Notes: a model not told the origin generated them from the letters alone. DNA of 64,000 nucleotides from an uncultured archaeon (GCA_964610875.1 CAZSWP010000001.1:1-64000); one strand, 5' to 3'. Shown: positions 8,697-19,386, counted from the first letter of the stretch. Numbers and translations: made by a program.

Positions 8697-10043
8697 ATGG
8701 AAAACCTGCAATCTGTAGCTGAGATAGCTTTGAAGAAAGCTGAATCATTAGGTGTTTCTCAAGCCGAAATCTATGTGGCGTCATCCCAATCATTCTCAAT
8801 AGAAGTTGAAAATAATGCAATAAAATCCGCATCTGAGAGAAGAGACTCTGGTATTGGGATTCGATCTGTTCTTGGAAAGAAAATCGGATTTGCTTATGTT
8901 ACCAATTTGGAAGATAAGGATGTATTTGAAGCAGTTGAGAAATCCGTTCGGTTAGCTAAGGCTTCTCTTGAAGATCCCGATTTTATCAGTCTTCCAACCT
9001 TTAGTGGGACGTATCCTCGTGTAAAGAATCTCTATCATAAAGAAGTTGCAAATCTTTCAAGTGAGGAGACTGCCGAGCTGATTCTTAGAGCTGTAGATGC
9101 CTCAAGAGTAGCAGCCGAGGGGAAAAAACTAGCGCTAGAAGCATCTATAACTGCAAGCAGTGGTACTCGGTCTATTGTAAATTCCCTCGGGATTTCAAAT
9201 AGCACAGAAAGCACTTCGATCTGGCTCTACTGTGCTCCAACGGTGAAAGACGACAGTGATCAAAATTCAAGTTTCGAATATCAAGTAGGTAGGTCTCTTG
9301 ATGGATTTAATCCTGAGAATGTTGGACAAAGTGCCACCAAGAATGCATTGAGAAATCTTGGGGCAAAAACAATAGATGGTGGAGATTCACCTGTTATTTT
9401 TGCTCCTCTGGCAGTGGGCACATTACTTGGTAATGGACTTGCTGGAGCTGTGAATGCTGAAGAGGTACAGTACGGACGATCCTACATATCAGACGCATTT
9501 GGTTCTGAAATCGCATCTAAAGAGCTGACAGTTACTGATATTGGTCACTTAGACGGTGGTACAGGTTCGCGTGTGTTTGATGCTGAAGGGTACCCTTCTC
9601 AAGAAACGCCTGTCTTAGAAAAGGGGATTCTCCGAAGTCTACTGCATAACTCATATACTGCAAACAAGGATGGTGTCGAGAGCACTGGCAATGCAAGTCG
9701 TCCTTCTTATTCTGGTTTACCCAGTATCTCCACGAGCAATTTCGTGATACAACCGGACAGAGGTACTATTGATGACCTGATATCCGAAATGGGTAAAGGT
9801 GTCTTATGTATCAATACTGGAGATCGACCAAACATGACCACTGGAGATCTAAGCGCAATGGTGATGGAAGGTCACTACGTTGAGGATGGAGAGATTAAGC
9901 ACCCTGTGAAAAGTACACTGATTGGAATTAACATGCGTGATTTACTGAAACGTGTTATCAGGGTTGGTAATGATGTGCGTACTACTCTCTCAGTTGTTAG
10001 TCCGTCACTGATGATTGAATCCGCAAAGATAACCTCCGGGTAA
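8697..10043 (+). CDS. pmbA: PmbA/TldE partner subunit
   Basis: FDAEG, STGNASR, no HExxH, directly after tldD. Confidence 0.9.
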   Translation: MENLQSVAEIALKKAESLGVSQAEIYVASSQSFSIEVENNAIKSASERRDSGIGIRSVLGKKIGFAYVTNLEDKDVFEAVEKSVRLAKASLEDPDFISLPTFSGTYPRVKNLYHKEVANLSSEETAELILRAVDASRVAAEGKKLALEASITASSGTRSIVNSLGISNSTESTSIWLYCAPTVKDDSDQNSSFEYQVGRSLDGFNPENVGQSATKNALRNLGAKTIDGGDSPVIFAPLAVGTLLGNGLAGAVNAEEVQYGRSYISDAFGSEIASKELTVTDIGHLDGGTGSRVFDAEGYPSQETPVLEKGILRSLLHNSYTANKDGVESTGNASRPSYSGLPSISTSNFVIQPDRGTIDDLISEMGKGVLCINTGDRPNMTTGDLSAMVMEGHYVEDGEIKHPVKSTLIGINMRDLLKRVIRVGNDVRTTLSVVSPSLMIESAKITSG

Positions 10044-10068
10044 TTTAGAGCAATATTCCCGCTACAAC

Positions 10069-12000
10069 TCACATCCGCTCAACAATGGGGATTCCCAAAA
10101 GATTCAAGCTATTTGCCATAGTGATTTTGAATGCTTCAACAAGAGCAAGTCTTGCCTCGCGTAGTCTTGGCTCTGCTTTTAGAACTGGACAAGCATCATA
10201 GAATTTACTAAATAGAGTGGCCAGATTGAAGGAGTGTGATGTAAGCCTATTAGACTGAAAACTAGTTCCCCAAGTCTGTTTCTTTAACCCTCGCGCAACT
10301 TCAAGTACTTCTTGTGGATATTTGGCAATCGCTTTGAGCAGCTCGAATTCAGCATCATGTATCAATAATTTTAGGTCCGCTTCCATTGACTCCTTATATT
10401 CAGCACGTTCAAGAATCCTTTGTGCCCTTGCATATGAATACTGAAGATATGGTGCAGCATCCCCATTAAAATCAAGTACCTCCTCCCACCGGAATGTAAT
10501 TCTCCTATCAGGAGAAGCATTCAGTAGAAAATATCTGATTGCTCCAGAAGCCACACTCTCAGCAACTTGGTTCTTGAACTCTTCTGTTTCATCAGGATTT
10601 CTCTTAGTAACTTCTTCCTTAGCTAATTCAAAAGCCCTGTCAAGTACCACATCACACGAGTACCCCACCCATGTCCCTTTTCTGCCTGAGAAGCCAACAT
10701 CCTCAAGACCTACGAACTCGTAAGCAATATGATGTGAGTTCTCACTTTGTTTCTGATAACCCAGAAGGTCCAGAATGACATAGATAAGTTTCTGTGGATG
10801 TGCCTGGGGAGCTCCAATAACATTGAAGACGAGGTCAAACTTTCCCATACTATGATTGCTACCATTTATGACAGTTCGCAACACCTCGACTCCATTTGGT
10901 TGCTTTTCAAATACAGTATAGTTGAACGGATCCTTCAGTATTCCAAATTTCCACATCTGCAGTGCGACATCTGCTCCCGTATATGTTCTTGTACTATCCG
11001 ATCGAAATAGTACTTTATTTGGGTCCTTCATATCCTTGAACTCGTCTAATGCATCGAGCTTTGCCACTATACAACCAGCTTTCTCTCCCTCTTCAAGGAG
11101 TACTATATTCTCAGCTTCTAGCATTCTATTCTTTGCTTCTTGAAGGAGTCCGCTATGAGCAATACAACTCTCCCATATTTGATAATCATGATAAATACCA
11201 AGACGATATCCTGTCTGATTCTGTGCTTTTACACATCTTGTGACCATTTTTTCGCTGATTTTGGCTACTTCAGAACTTGGTTCTTCAAGTTGTTTTGCTA
11301 CAGCTCGAATCTTTGCTAGTACATTCTTATCACTCTCGAAGGCTGTTTGGACATCAACATATAATTGTCCAAGATAATGATCGTATTTGGCATCTGTTTC
11401 TTGAGTACCAATTTCTCTTAGCTTCCAAGTCAATTGGGCAATCTGAAGTCCAAGGTCATTTATGTAATCTAATCGGATAACATCAAATCCCACCGCTTCA
11501 AGTAGATTTCCCAGTGTATCCCCAAGAACCGCATTGCGAGTATGTCCTATGTGCCAAGGCTTTGACGGGTTAACCGCAGGCGATTCAATCAAAGCTCGTT
11601 TTCCCTTAAATTCTTCTGACGTACCATAGTCTTGTAGTATTTCTTTGACTGTTGATATAACACGTTGACAATAGAACCCTCTATCAAAAAACAGATTGAT
11701 GTAAGGCCCTTTTGAATCAACACGATTGAGAAGAGGTACACTCTCAATTAGTTTCTCCAAATTCTGAACTATATCGGATGCAATTTGTAGTGGGTTCTGC
11801 TTTCTCTCCTTTGCCAAGTAAAAAGAAACAGTTGTGGCAAGATCACCGAGTTTAGGGTCTGGTGGTTCCTCTACAAGATTTGTCAAGACTTCAGTACTAA
11901 GCCCCGTTGCTTCTGCAATTACATTCGTCGTTTCTCTAATGAATTCGTCCCATGGGTTAGGAAAAGATTTCTTCGATGTCATTGCAGACATGTCCTCCAA
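10069..12000 (-). CDS. argS: arginine--tRNA ligase
   Basis: HIGH motif (NPSKPWHIGHTRN), YINDLGLQ, FSGRKG, PYLQYSYARA, C-terminal ERM. Confidence 0.95.
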   Translation of the reverse strand: MEDMSAMTSKKSFPNPWDEFIRETTNVIAEATGLSTEVLTNLVEEPPDPKLGDLATTVSFYLAKERKQNPLQIASDIVQNLEKLIESVPLLNRVDSKGPYINLFFDRGFYCQRVISTVKEILQDYGTSEEFKGKRALIESPAVNPSKPWHIGHTRNAVLGDTLGNLLEAVGFDVIRLDYINDLGLQIAQLTWKLREIGTQETDAKYDHYLGQLYVDVQTAFESDKNVLAKIRAVAKQLEEPSSEVAKISEKMVTRCVKAQNQTGYRLGIYHDYQIWESCIAHSGLLQEAKNRMLEAENIVLLEEGEKAGCIVAKLDALDEFKDMKDPNKVLFRSDSTRTYTGADVALQMWKFGILKDPFNYTVFEKQPNGVEVLRTVINGSNHSMGKFDLVFNVIGAPQAHPQKLIYVILDLLGYQKQSENSHHIAYEFVGLEDVGFSGRKGTWVGYSCDVVLDRAFELAKEEVTKRNPDETEEFKNQVAESVASGAIRYFLLNASPDRRITFRWEEVLDFNGDAAPYLQYSYARAQRILERAEYKESMEADLKLLIHDAEFELLKAIAKYPQEVLEVARGLKKQTWGTSFQSNRLTSHSFNLATLFSKFYDACPVLKAEPRLREARLALVEAFKITMANSLNLLGIPIVERM

Positions 12001-12337
12001 TACTCGAGATTATATGAATCTCTCATAAACTAAGCGATACTCCACTAAACGAAAGGAGAGTATGTTCTGAAAGGCACAAAATGAACCGATACTAATCGCA
12101 TCGTTACAAAATAAGACTAATAATTGCAATGAATATTTAGTAAAACTATTGTTTTATAAAACGTGCAAACCCTTATTTAACTTTGTTGATTTGCGATATT
12201 GTTCTTTGTAGAGAGAACAATGCCAACACATGCGCCACAAAAATGATGTGTTCTGATTGAACGCCAATAAGGACACAACATCGGTACTCAACGCTCTTAG
12301 AGCAGCTCTACAAACCCCCTAGTAGAGATGCACGGAG

Positions 12338-13303
12338 ATGATCGGACTGGCCAGCAAACAAGCACATACAAAGAAACAACGAGAGCAAGAGGGAGCAGCT
12401 GGTTACATTTGTTCTGCATGTAGTTCTACCGAAGTTCATATCGACCATTCGCGAGGAGAGGTTATCTGCGCAAGTTGCGGACTAGTTCTATCGGACCATT
12501 CAATCGATATGGGTCCAGAATGGAGAGCCTTCACAGCAGATGAGCAAAATGCTCGTCAGCGTGTTGGAGGTCCTGCAGATTGGAGTAAATTCGATCAAGG
12601 TCTCACTACCATTATAGGTAGACAGAATGTCGACGCAGCTGGGCGCAAGTTGAGCTCAACACGACGGGCACAGATACATCGTCTCAGAAAATGGCAAATA
12701 CGGACTAAAGTTCATTCGTCAGACAAACGTAATTTGGCGGTTGCCATGACCGAGCTGCACAGGATAAGTTCTCAACTGAGTATACCCTACTCAATTCGAG
12801 AAACCTCAGCAGTAATATATAGAAAAGCTCTCAGAAAACGCCTGACCCGAGGTAGAACGATTCTCGGAATGATTGCAGCTTCACTGTACTTGGCATGTAG
12901 GGTGCACCAAGTACCACGACCGCTTGAAGAAATCGTTGATCAGATACACATTACGAGGAAAGAGCTGAGCCTCTGTGTGCGTCTTATTCTTCGATATCTC
13001 AACCTGAAGATTCCATTTAGCAACCCTGTCGAGTTTGTACACAGATTTGGCAGTGAGTTAGGAATCCCTGGTGAGGCAAAGAAGAAAGCGATTGATATTC
13101 TCAAATTGGCTCGTGAAGAACGCCTAACAATCGGAAAGGATCCAAAGGGAATGGCTGCTGCCGCAATCTATGTTGCGAGTATTTTAACAGGTGCTCGTCG
13201 AACACAGCTAGAGATTGCGAAAACTGCACGGGTTACTGAAGTAACTGTGCGTAACCGCTACAAAGAGATGGTTGAGAAACTCGGAATCTCAACAACTCAG
13301 TAG
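12338..13303 (+). CDS. tfb: transcription initiation factor IIB
   Basis: Zn ribbon CSAC..CASCG, GPEWRAF B-reader, two cyclin repeats, GKDPKGMAAAAIY, VTEVTVRNRYKE. Confidence 0.95.
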   Translation: MIGLASKQAHTKKQREQEGAAGYICSACSSTEVHIDHSRGEVICASCGLVLSDHSIDMGPEWRAFTADEQNARQRVGGPADWSKFDQGLTTIIGRQNVDAAGRKLSSTRRAQIHRLRKWQIRTKVHSSDKRNLAVAMTELHRISSQLSIPYSIRETSAVIYRKALRKRLTRGRTILGMIAASLYLACRVHQVPRPLEEIVDQIHITRKELSLCVRLILRYLNLKIPFSNPVEFVHRFGSELGIPGEAKKKAIDILKLAREERLTIGKDPKGMAAAAIYVASILTGARRTQLEIAKTARVTEVTVRNRYKEMVEKLGISTTQ

Positions 13304-13461
13304 CGTTCAAGTGTTGTCACAGGTTTGGACAGGGCTTAGGCTCTGTCCATTCTATTCGTTTTTCAGTTTCTATATTAAAACAGTATAACCTCCATAGTAG
13401 GAAATCATACATATCCTTATGTAAAAACCTCGGGATATTATCCAGTGAGATTTGGGGAAAA

Positions 13462-14298
13462 ATGTCAAACAAACGGTCAATACATGGTGTCTGGCTTATT
13501 GAAAGAAAGACAGGTCGCAACCTCATTTCAAAGGCCTATACTGGTATTGATATTGATATGGACCTCATTGCACCTTTCTTATCTGCTACTCACACCTTCA
13601 TTGACAAAGCATCAAATGAGAGTCTGAAAACAATTGATACTGAAACACATCGTTATGTCTGGCAAGCAAATGAACATCTTCTATTCGTCATGGTAGTTTC
13701 AAAGGCAGCTAGGATTGGACATATGCGGTTCATTCTGCAATATGCTCTGAATGAATTCATGCGAAATGAAATTCCAAAAAAGAACACAATTGAAAGTCTT
13801 CTAAAGGAGTGGCATGGTTCCCCAAAGACATTCAAACACTTTGGTAACTTTGTTGATGAATTAATCAATCAATATGAAGAAACTGACGAAGCCCTCATTG
13901 CTGGAAAATCAATGGATTGTCTTGAAGTCTATAGCCATCTCTTTCGCTCCATATTTTCAGTTGAAATAAAACCAGCTAAGAAAAAGCACCTCGTGAAAAA
14001 GGTAAAGGAAATGATAGCACCAATTCTGGAAACTTATCCGTATCTAGAAGACGTTTCTATCGATGGTAAATGTGGTGTCGATGTGCTTAGTATAGATGTC
14101 TATAATGTCAATTACGGGTCTCTAAGAGATGCCTTAGAAGAGCTCCTAAGAATCACAAGTACTGCCACTCGTGAGATTGCAGGAGATGAAGCATTCAGAA
14201 AAATGATATTCGAGTATGCGATGCCCTACGTGAAAAGAGATATCAATCGCTTGCAGACTTATGCAATTCTGGATGATGCTATCAGATATCTATTCTAA
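13462..14298 (+). CDS. longin-like domain protein with uncharacterised C-terminal helical domain
   Basis: IHGVWLIERKTGRNLISKAY...DLIAPFLSATHTF...LLFVMVV fits the beta-beta-alpha-beta-beta-beta-alpha longin pattern common in Asgard archaea. Confidence 0.6.
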   Translation: MSNKRSIHGVWLIERKTGRNLISKAYTGIDIDMDLIAPFLSATHTFIDKASNESLKTIDTETHRYVWQANEHLLFVMVVSKAARIGHMRFILQYALNEFMRNEIPKKNTIESLLKEWHGSPKTFKHFGNFVDELINQYEETDEALIAGKSMDCLEVYSHLFRSIFSVEIKPAKKKHLVKKVKEMIAPILETYPYLEDVSIDGKCGVDVLSIDVYNVNYGSLRDALEELLRITSTATREIAGDEAFRKMIFEYAMPYVKRDINRLQTYAILDDAIRYLF

Positions 14299-15638
14299 AT
14301 TCTACCCAGCATAAGAACTGTTCTCTGAACGTACTGGCCATGTTTTCGCTCAGGTAACCCTTTTCTGTCCCCATTTATGGTAAGGCGTCTGTCTGTTGCT
14401 TTTGACTTACTAACAACATCCTGTGGAAGGAGAAAATATTCTGTGAACCCTGTGTCTTGAAGCATTCTTGTAGTATCAATGGTCACTTCTCCGTTTTTCG
14501 TCAAGAAGACTGGAATTGTCATTGCAACCCTGCCATCTTGTCGGAGAATGCCTGTTATGCCCAGTAGAACTTCTTTATAGAGATCCGCAAGTTCTTCGGC
14601 AATTCTTTCAGCATCATCTCTGCTTGGTTTCTCTTTGAAGACTGGTCCCAGATGCGGTTCAAACACCACTGCATCAACAACTTGTCGTACAAGTCTAGCT
14701 GCTTCCCTAGCATCACCACGAATGACTTCAAACTCGAGCTGCATTCCAAGATCTTTAGCAAGCCATAACATGTTCGCCTTAGTTCCTTCAACAGCGTTTC
14801 CATCAATATCGATACCTATGGCTTTCATATCTAACAGGGCCGCCTCCATCAGAAGTGTTCCTGTTCCACATGAAGGGTCCAAAATCGTATCTCCATCCTT
14901 TGCTCCAGCTAGTGTTAGCAATGTCCTGCAGATTTTCGGACTGGTACTAATTTCAGCTGAAACATATGATCTTGCTTCATCTCGATATTGTTGTAGAATC
15001 GAATCATACACAACAATGGTCTTTGCAAGATACACCTCAGTTTCCATTATTGCGGTAATGATCTCTGCATTTGGTGGGACCAATAGTTTGTGACGTGCAA
15101 TTGTTTGTGGCCAAAGGGCTGTATTTGTCCTTGATGGGTTTCTTCTGTCGGGTTCATCATATGCAAAATATTTGGCTCGCCTCGCACCTTCATTGAGTAG
15201 TTTCTTCTTCACATATTCATCCAGTGCTCGAGTAAATCGTTTCAAGTCTATTTTGTCGCGTTGTTTGAACAGAGGATATGTAGAAACACCAAATTTGATA
15301 TTACGAGCACCAATCTTAGGAAATACTCTTTTTACCCATCTACAATTCGCTATCTCTTCTCTTGCTTGCTTATCAATCGACCCTCTCGATGGGAAAGCTT
15401 TCTCAACTTTTTCCTTGGGAATAATCTCTACAACTCTAGCTATCTTGTAGCAACCCCCCAATGCGCTCTGTATATCCACAATCGTTTCATCAGTCAGTCC
15501 CTCTTCAATATTGACTACGGCTGCATTCCTTGAATGATTTACAATCTCGAAATAATATCCTCTATCCTCAAGATATACTATCAATTCTGCAATAGATAAT
15601 AACCAGTTCTTTCCTAGAATAAATACGAGCTTACTCAT
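14295..15638 (-). CDS. Trm11-like tRNA m2G10 methyltransferase (THUMP + SAM-dependent MTase)
   Basis: STSPKICRTLLTLA..GDTILDPSCGTGTLLMEAAL..GIDID motif I. Confidence 0.8.
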   Translation of the reverse strand: MSKLVFILGKNWLLSIAELIVYLEDRGYYFEIVNHSRNAAVVNIEEGLTDETIVDIQSALGGCYKIARVVEIIPKEKVEKAFPSRGSIDKQAREEIANCRWVKRVFPKIGARNIKFGVSTYPLFKQRDKIDLKRFTRALDEYVKKKLLNEGARRAKYFAYDEPDRRNPSRTNTALWPQTIARHKLLVPPNAEIITAIMETEVYLAKTIVVYDSILQQYRDEARSYVSAEISTSPKICRTLLTLAGAKDGDTILDPSCGTGTLLMEAALLDMKAIGIDIDGNAVEGTKANMLWLAKDLGMQLEFEVIRGDAREAARLVRQVVDAVVFEPHLGPVFKEKPSRDDAERIAEELADLYKEVLLGITGILRQDGRVAMTIPVFLTKNGEVTIDTTRMLQDTGFTEYFLLPQDVVSKSKATDRRLTINGDRKGLPERKHGQYVQRTVLMLGRI

Positions 15639-16480
15639 GCTCTTGACTTCTCCAATTCCTCAAGTAGGAACTTTGTATATAATGCACCGGTCAGGGGATT
15701 GGGTGTTTCTGAAATAATGGTGGGTCTGTATCCTAGATCGTGAATGATTTCCATCAAGGGGAAAATATCAGGTCCCCACTCCATTCCCAGTGGTCTATGT
15801 GACGCTTCGCCTGCTTCAGTGTAGGTTATGCCACTCACATGAAAATGCATGTTGTTCGTGAACTCCTTACCCAATGCATCCTCAAACCTCTCTATAGTCT
15901 TGATGTACCAGTCCTTGTCATCGACTTGGCCCTGTCTTCGTGCGTATAGGTGCGCCCAATCAATAGTAGGGATAACTCTTTCTACATCGCAACAAAGTCT
16001 TATGATTTGTTCTATTGACCCATACGACCTTACTTTTCCTGCTATCTCGGGTGCTAGATAAGCTCCATCTGCATCATAATCAACTGTTTCCCACACATCC
16101 CGTAACGCTTGACTCATCACTCTATGTACATCATCATCCGAAAGTCCACCGTAGGTTCCTGGATGAAACACAACTCGCTTTACTTTCATCAATGGAGCGA
16201 ATCTTAGTGCTTTTACAAGACGTTCTCTAGATTTCGTTCTAGTTTCTTCCTTTTTTGATGCCAGATTGATATAATATGCAGCATGAAGACTCATTGTGAT
16301 ATTATATTTTTGAGACAGAGTTCCAATCAATTCTGCTTTCTCTTTGGAGGTTCGTAATCCATGAACTGCAGCATATTCTAGTGCATTCACTCCGGATTCT
16401 TTCAGAATCTCAAAAACGCAATTGACATTACCTTTTGCCTGTGCTGGATATCCTGCTGGACCAATTTTGATCCCACTCAG
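15635..16480 (-). CDS. nfo: endonuclease IV (AP endonuclease family 2)
   Basis: SLHAAYYINLAS, VVFHPG, PEIAGK, IDWAHLYAR, HFHVSGI, ISETP; frame is open upstream of 16390 through IKIGPAGYP to a CTG at 16480 preceded by an in-frame TGA. Confidence 0.88.
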   Translation of the reverse strand: MSGIKIGPAGYPAQAKGNVNCVFEILKESGVNALEYAAVHGLRTSKEKAELIGTLSQKYNITMSLHAAYYINLASKKEETRTKSRERLVKALRFAPLMKVKRVVFHPGTYGGLSDDDVHRVMSQALRDVWETVDYDADGAYLAPEIAGKVRSYGSIEQIIRLCCDVERVIPTIDWAHLYARRQGQVDDKDWYIKTIERFEDALGKEFTNNMHFHVSGITYTEAGEASHRPLGMEWGPDIFPLMEIIHDLGYRPTIISETPNPLTGALYTKFLLEELEKSRA

Positions 16481-16485
16481 TCAAA

Positions 16486-16992
16486 TCATTCCTCCAGTGT
16501 AAACTCCCACTGGCAGTATGCATCATCTGGATGGTCATCAGGTGGACAGAATACACACTTTGTTTTAATTCGTGGGTCAATGGTCTTTGCAAACTCTTCA
16601 TACTCAATAACCCCGACCTGCTTGCATGGAAAGTCTGGAAGTCCTTTTCTTTTCCGTGCTATTTGGACTCGACATTCATTCATGGTGAATAACAATGTAT
16701 TCTGGTCTATCCGATTATATGACTGCTTATTCAGTTGCGCATATACTCGATAACCAAGGGCTTTTTGAAGTGCTTCAAGTCCTCCGTTCTCCTTTATTCC
16801 AAACTCGCGCATGATTCGCTTGGCTTCAATAGGTGAAAATATTCTCCAAGCTTCTTTATCCATCTCGATGGCTTCATCCATTCCGTACTTCTTCTCCAGT
16901 GATAGAAAATACGCTCCATCCATGGCTTGCCATGCTTTGGCATACATATCGATAAGTTTCAACAAGATTTCTTTTGGTTGATCATCAAACAC
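16486..16992 (-). CDS. DUF6125-like protein (V4R/ATC-hydrolase-like fold)
   Basis: DGAYF..LEKKYG, CRVQ..RKRKGL..FPCK, CPPDDHPDDAYCQWEF. Confidence 0.65.
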   Translation of the reverse strand: MFDDQPKEILLKLIDMYAKAWQAMDGAYFLSLEKKYGMDEAIEMDKEAWRIFSPIEAKRIMREFGIKENGGLEALQKALGYRVYAQLNKQSYNRIDQNTLLFTMNECRVQIARKRKGLPDFPCKQVGVIEYEEFAKTIDPRIKTKCVFCPPDDHPDDAYCQWEFTLEE

Positions 16993-17113
16993 AAGATTTC
17001 CTCCGCAATCATCTAATGATACGCGTACACTATGGTCTTTTTGCAGGTATCTGAAATCTCTTGTTATCTAAGACAATAGTAATATCGTTCGGTAAATAAT
17101 CAACGGTTTAAAC

Positions 17114-17579
17114 ATGACTACTACATTTCCTACTGTTACTGGTAGTAATTTGAATGGTGAAGACTACAAATTACCAGATGATTTGACTAATCCTTTGAAT
17201 GTCCTAATAGTTGTCTTTGAACGATGGCAGCAAAATGTCGTAAACACTAGGGGTCCCCTTCCTAGAAAAATTAGTGACCAATAATAATGATTTAGAATAC
17301 TATGAATTGCCTACAATCAGAGAGATGAATTTTGTAGCTCGAGGGTTCATCAATATGGGAATGCGGGCGAGAATTCCATCAAAAGAAACACAGCGAAGAA
17401 CAATTACCTTGTATATTGATAAGACGCCCTTCAAGGAATCTCTTGGCATCACTGACGAGGGATTAATTCACCTATTCCTCGTAACTGAATCGGGTACCAT
17501 CCTTTTTTCTGCAACAGGTGAACACACAGAAGAAAAGGCAAAGTCTTTGCAAGCTGCAATCAATTTACATCCATCCTAA
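17114..17579 (+). pseudogene. frameshifted thioredoxin-fold (ATP10-like) protein
   Basis: ATG 17114 gives MTTTFPTVTGSNLNGEDYKLPDDL...FERWQQNVVNT; continues in another frame from about 17250 as VPFLEKLVT...YYELPTI...GMRARIP. Confidence 0.65.
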
Positions 17580-17644
17580 TTTGGGTTACCCCGAAACCCT
17601 TTAATCCCAAATTACTGAGTCTGGATGTCGGATGTAGGTCTAAG

Positions 17645-18580
17645 ATGTCAGAACAGCCTTCTATCGCTGGTGAAAACAACAAACGATTCTATCCTTCAGC
17701 GTATCTCTCTATTATTCGACCTCAGAATTGTATCATTGGGGGTCTAACCGTTCTTGCTGGAATTGCGATTGCTTATCGAACTATCCCTGTGGGATCTATC
17801 TATGACTATGGATTGATGTTTCTATTTGGATACATCACCTACTTTTTCGTAGCTGCTGGTGGGAATGTGGTCAATGATATCTTCGACATTGAGATTGATA
17901 AAATCAATAGACCTCATCGTGCATTACCAAGTGGAAAAATGACCATAAAACAAGCATGGGGCTATGTTGTTGTTCTGAGTATTCTTGGTGTATTTTTCGC
18001 GCTATTGAATGGACCTCTTGGAGCTTTGATAGTAATTGTATTCTTGTTAGTAGGGTATGCATATGCGGCAAAGGTCAAAGAACTTGGTATTGCTGGGAAT
18101 TTCATGGTTGCTTTCTCATTTGCCTTTGGTGTATTGTACGGTTCTTTTGTTTATGCGGAAAATGCGACTCCTGCTTTATTCATTCCAGTTCCATCTTGGT
18201 TATTTTTCATCACTGCTTTTATGATACTCCAAGCCCGTGAAACAATCAAAGGTGCCGAGGATGTCGAAGGTGACAGACTTAGGGATGTTCGAACAATAGC
18301 TCGAGTATATGGCTTCAAAGCTGCGGCAGCTGTTTCAACAATATTGAATCTCATTGGTGTTGTCTGCTATGTTTTGATTTGGGTCCTCGGCTATGCTAGT
18401 TGGGATCTCTGGCTACTTCTGATACTTGGAGCTGGAATAGTTTTTGGAGCTGCAATAGCACCACTCACTGGGCCGAGTAATAAGAAGAGTCTCCTAATTG
18501 GAAGTACGTTAGATAAAATTGGTGCGTTAGTTGGCTTGATTGCCTTTGTTATAATTCCTCTATATGGTGTTTTATTCTAA
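17645..18580 (+). CDS. UbiA-family prenyltransferase, likely digeranylgeranylglyceryl phosphate synthase
   Basis: NDIFDIEIDKINRPHRALPSG, RETIKGAEDVEGD, multiple TM helices. Confidence 0.88.
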   Translation: MSEQPSIAGENNKRFYPSAYLSIIRPQNCIIGGLTVLAGIAIAYRTIPVGSIYDYGLMFLFGYITYFFVAAGGNVVNDIFDIEIDKINRPHRALPSGKMTIKQAWGYVVVLSILGVFFALLNGPLGALIVIVFLLVGYAYAAKVKELGIAGNFMVAFSFAFGVLYGSFVYAENATPALFIPVPSWLFFITAFMILQARETIKGAEDVEGDRLRDVRTIARVYGFKAAAAVSTILNLIGVVCYVLIWVLGYASWDLWLLLILGAGIVFGAAIAPLTGPSNKKSLLIGSTLDKIGALVGLIAFVIIPLYGVLF

Positions 18581-19386
18581 TGCGCCTGCCAAAAAGTCCA
18601 GCCTAATACCAACATAGACGCTATTGCTATAAGTACCGCCCATCCGGTTGATGTTTCATGTGCTTCACGGATACCGAAAATCAAGAGAAAACCGATCCAT
18701 ACAAAAGAGACTGTTGTCATATAATCGATAGTTACCCACATATTAGAGTTATAAACCGCCAGAATAACTTCAGTTGATGTTGATGTCCCTAGATGATAAG
18801 TGGGCATTACTGCAAAAATAACCAATAACGCAAGCAATCTGAATAGTAGCATTGGAATCATACTATACCCGACAACTGATATCGTCTGTCCTTTTCTCCC
18901 AATGCCGCCTGTGACCTTGAAGGCTAAATGTGCAAACGCACTACCAATAATCAGATAGACCATTCCTAGAAGAATACTTGGTAGTAAACCTGCGAGTGCG
19001 GCAAAGAAATATTGAACGCCCCAAGGTGATGCAACAACGCTCATATCTTGAGTTGTTCCCAGTGTTCGGTTTATTGTCACTGTGACTATGAATTTAGATG
19101 AGATCATCAGAAAGAAACCTGCTATGACCAGTGCATTTGCGATGATTATCATGAATGGGCCTGCATAATCCGGCTTCTGTGCAATATCGCGATATGTAGA
19201 AGCAGGTCTCCTAATAACTCCCCAAAGTCTATCAAAGACTCCCATTGATCGCACCTCGGGTGCCTCTGGCCTTTTCAATATGGGTAGTATTCTCTCAAGA
19301 GTTTCCTCAGCGATTTCCATTCTGCATACTGGGCAGATTGTAGCATCTGCAGGTACTGGTGAGTCGCAGAACTCACAACGGCGCAA
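18577..19386 (-). CDS. zinc-ribbon + Yip1-domain membrane protein
   Basis: CEFC..CPVC N-terminus; GVIRRPASTYRDI, VVGYSMIP, LLIFGIREAH Yip1-like TM pattern. Confidence 0.72.
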   Translation of the reverse strand: MRRCEFCDSPVPADATICPVCRMEIAEETLERILPILKRPEAPEVRSMGVFDRLWGVIRRPASTYRDIAQKPDYAGPFMIIIANALVIAGFFLMISSKFIVTVTINRTLGTTQDMSVVASPWGVQYFFAALAGLLPSILLGMVYLIIGSAFAHLAFKVTGGIGRKGQTISVVGYSMIPMLLFRLLALLVIFAVMPTYHLGTSTSTEVILAVYNSNMWVTIDYMTTVSFVWIGFLLIFGIREAHETSTGWAVLIAIASMLVLGWTFWQAH

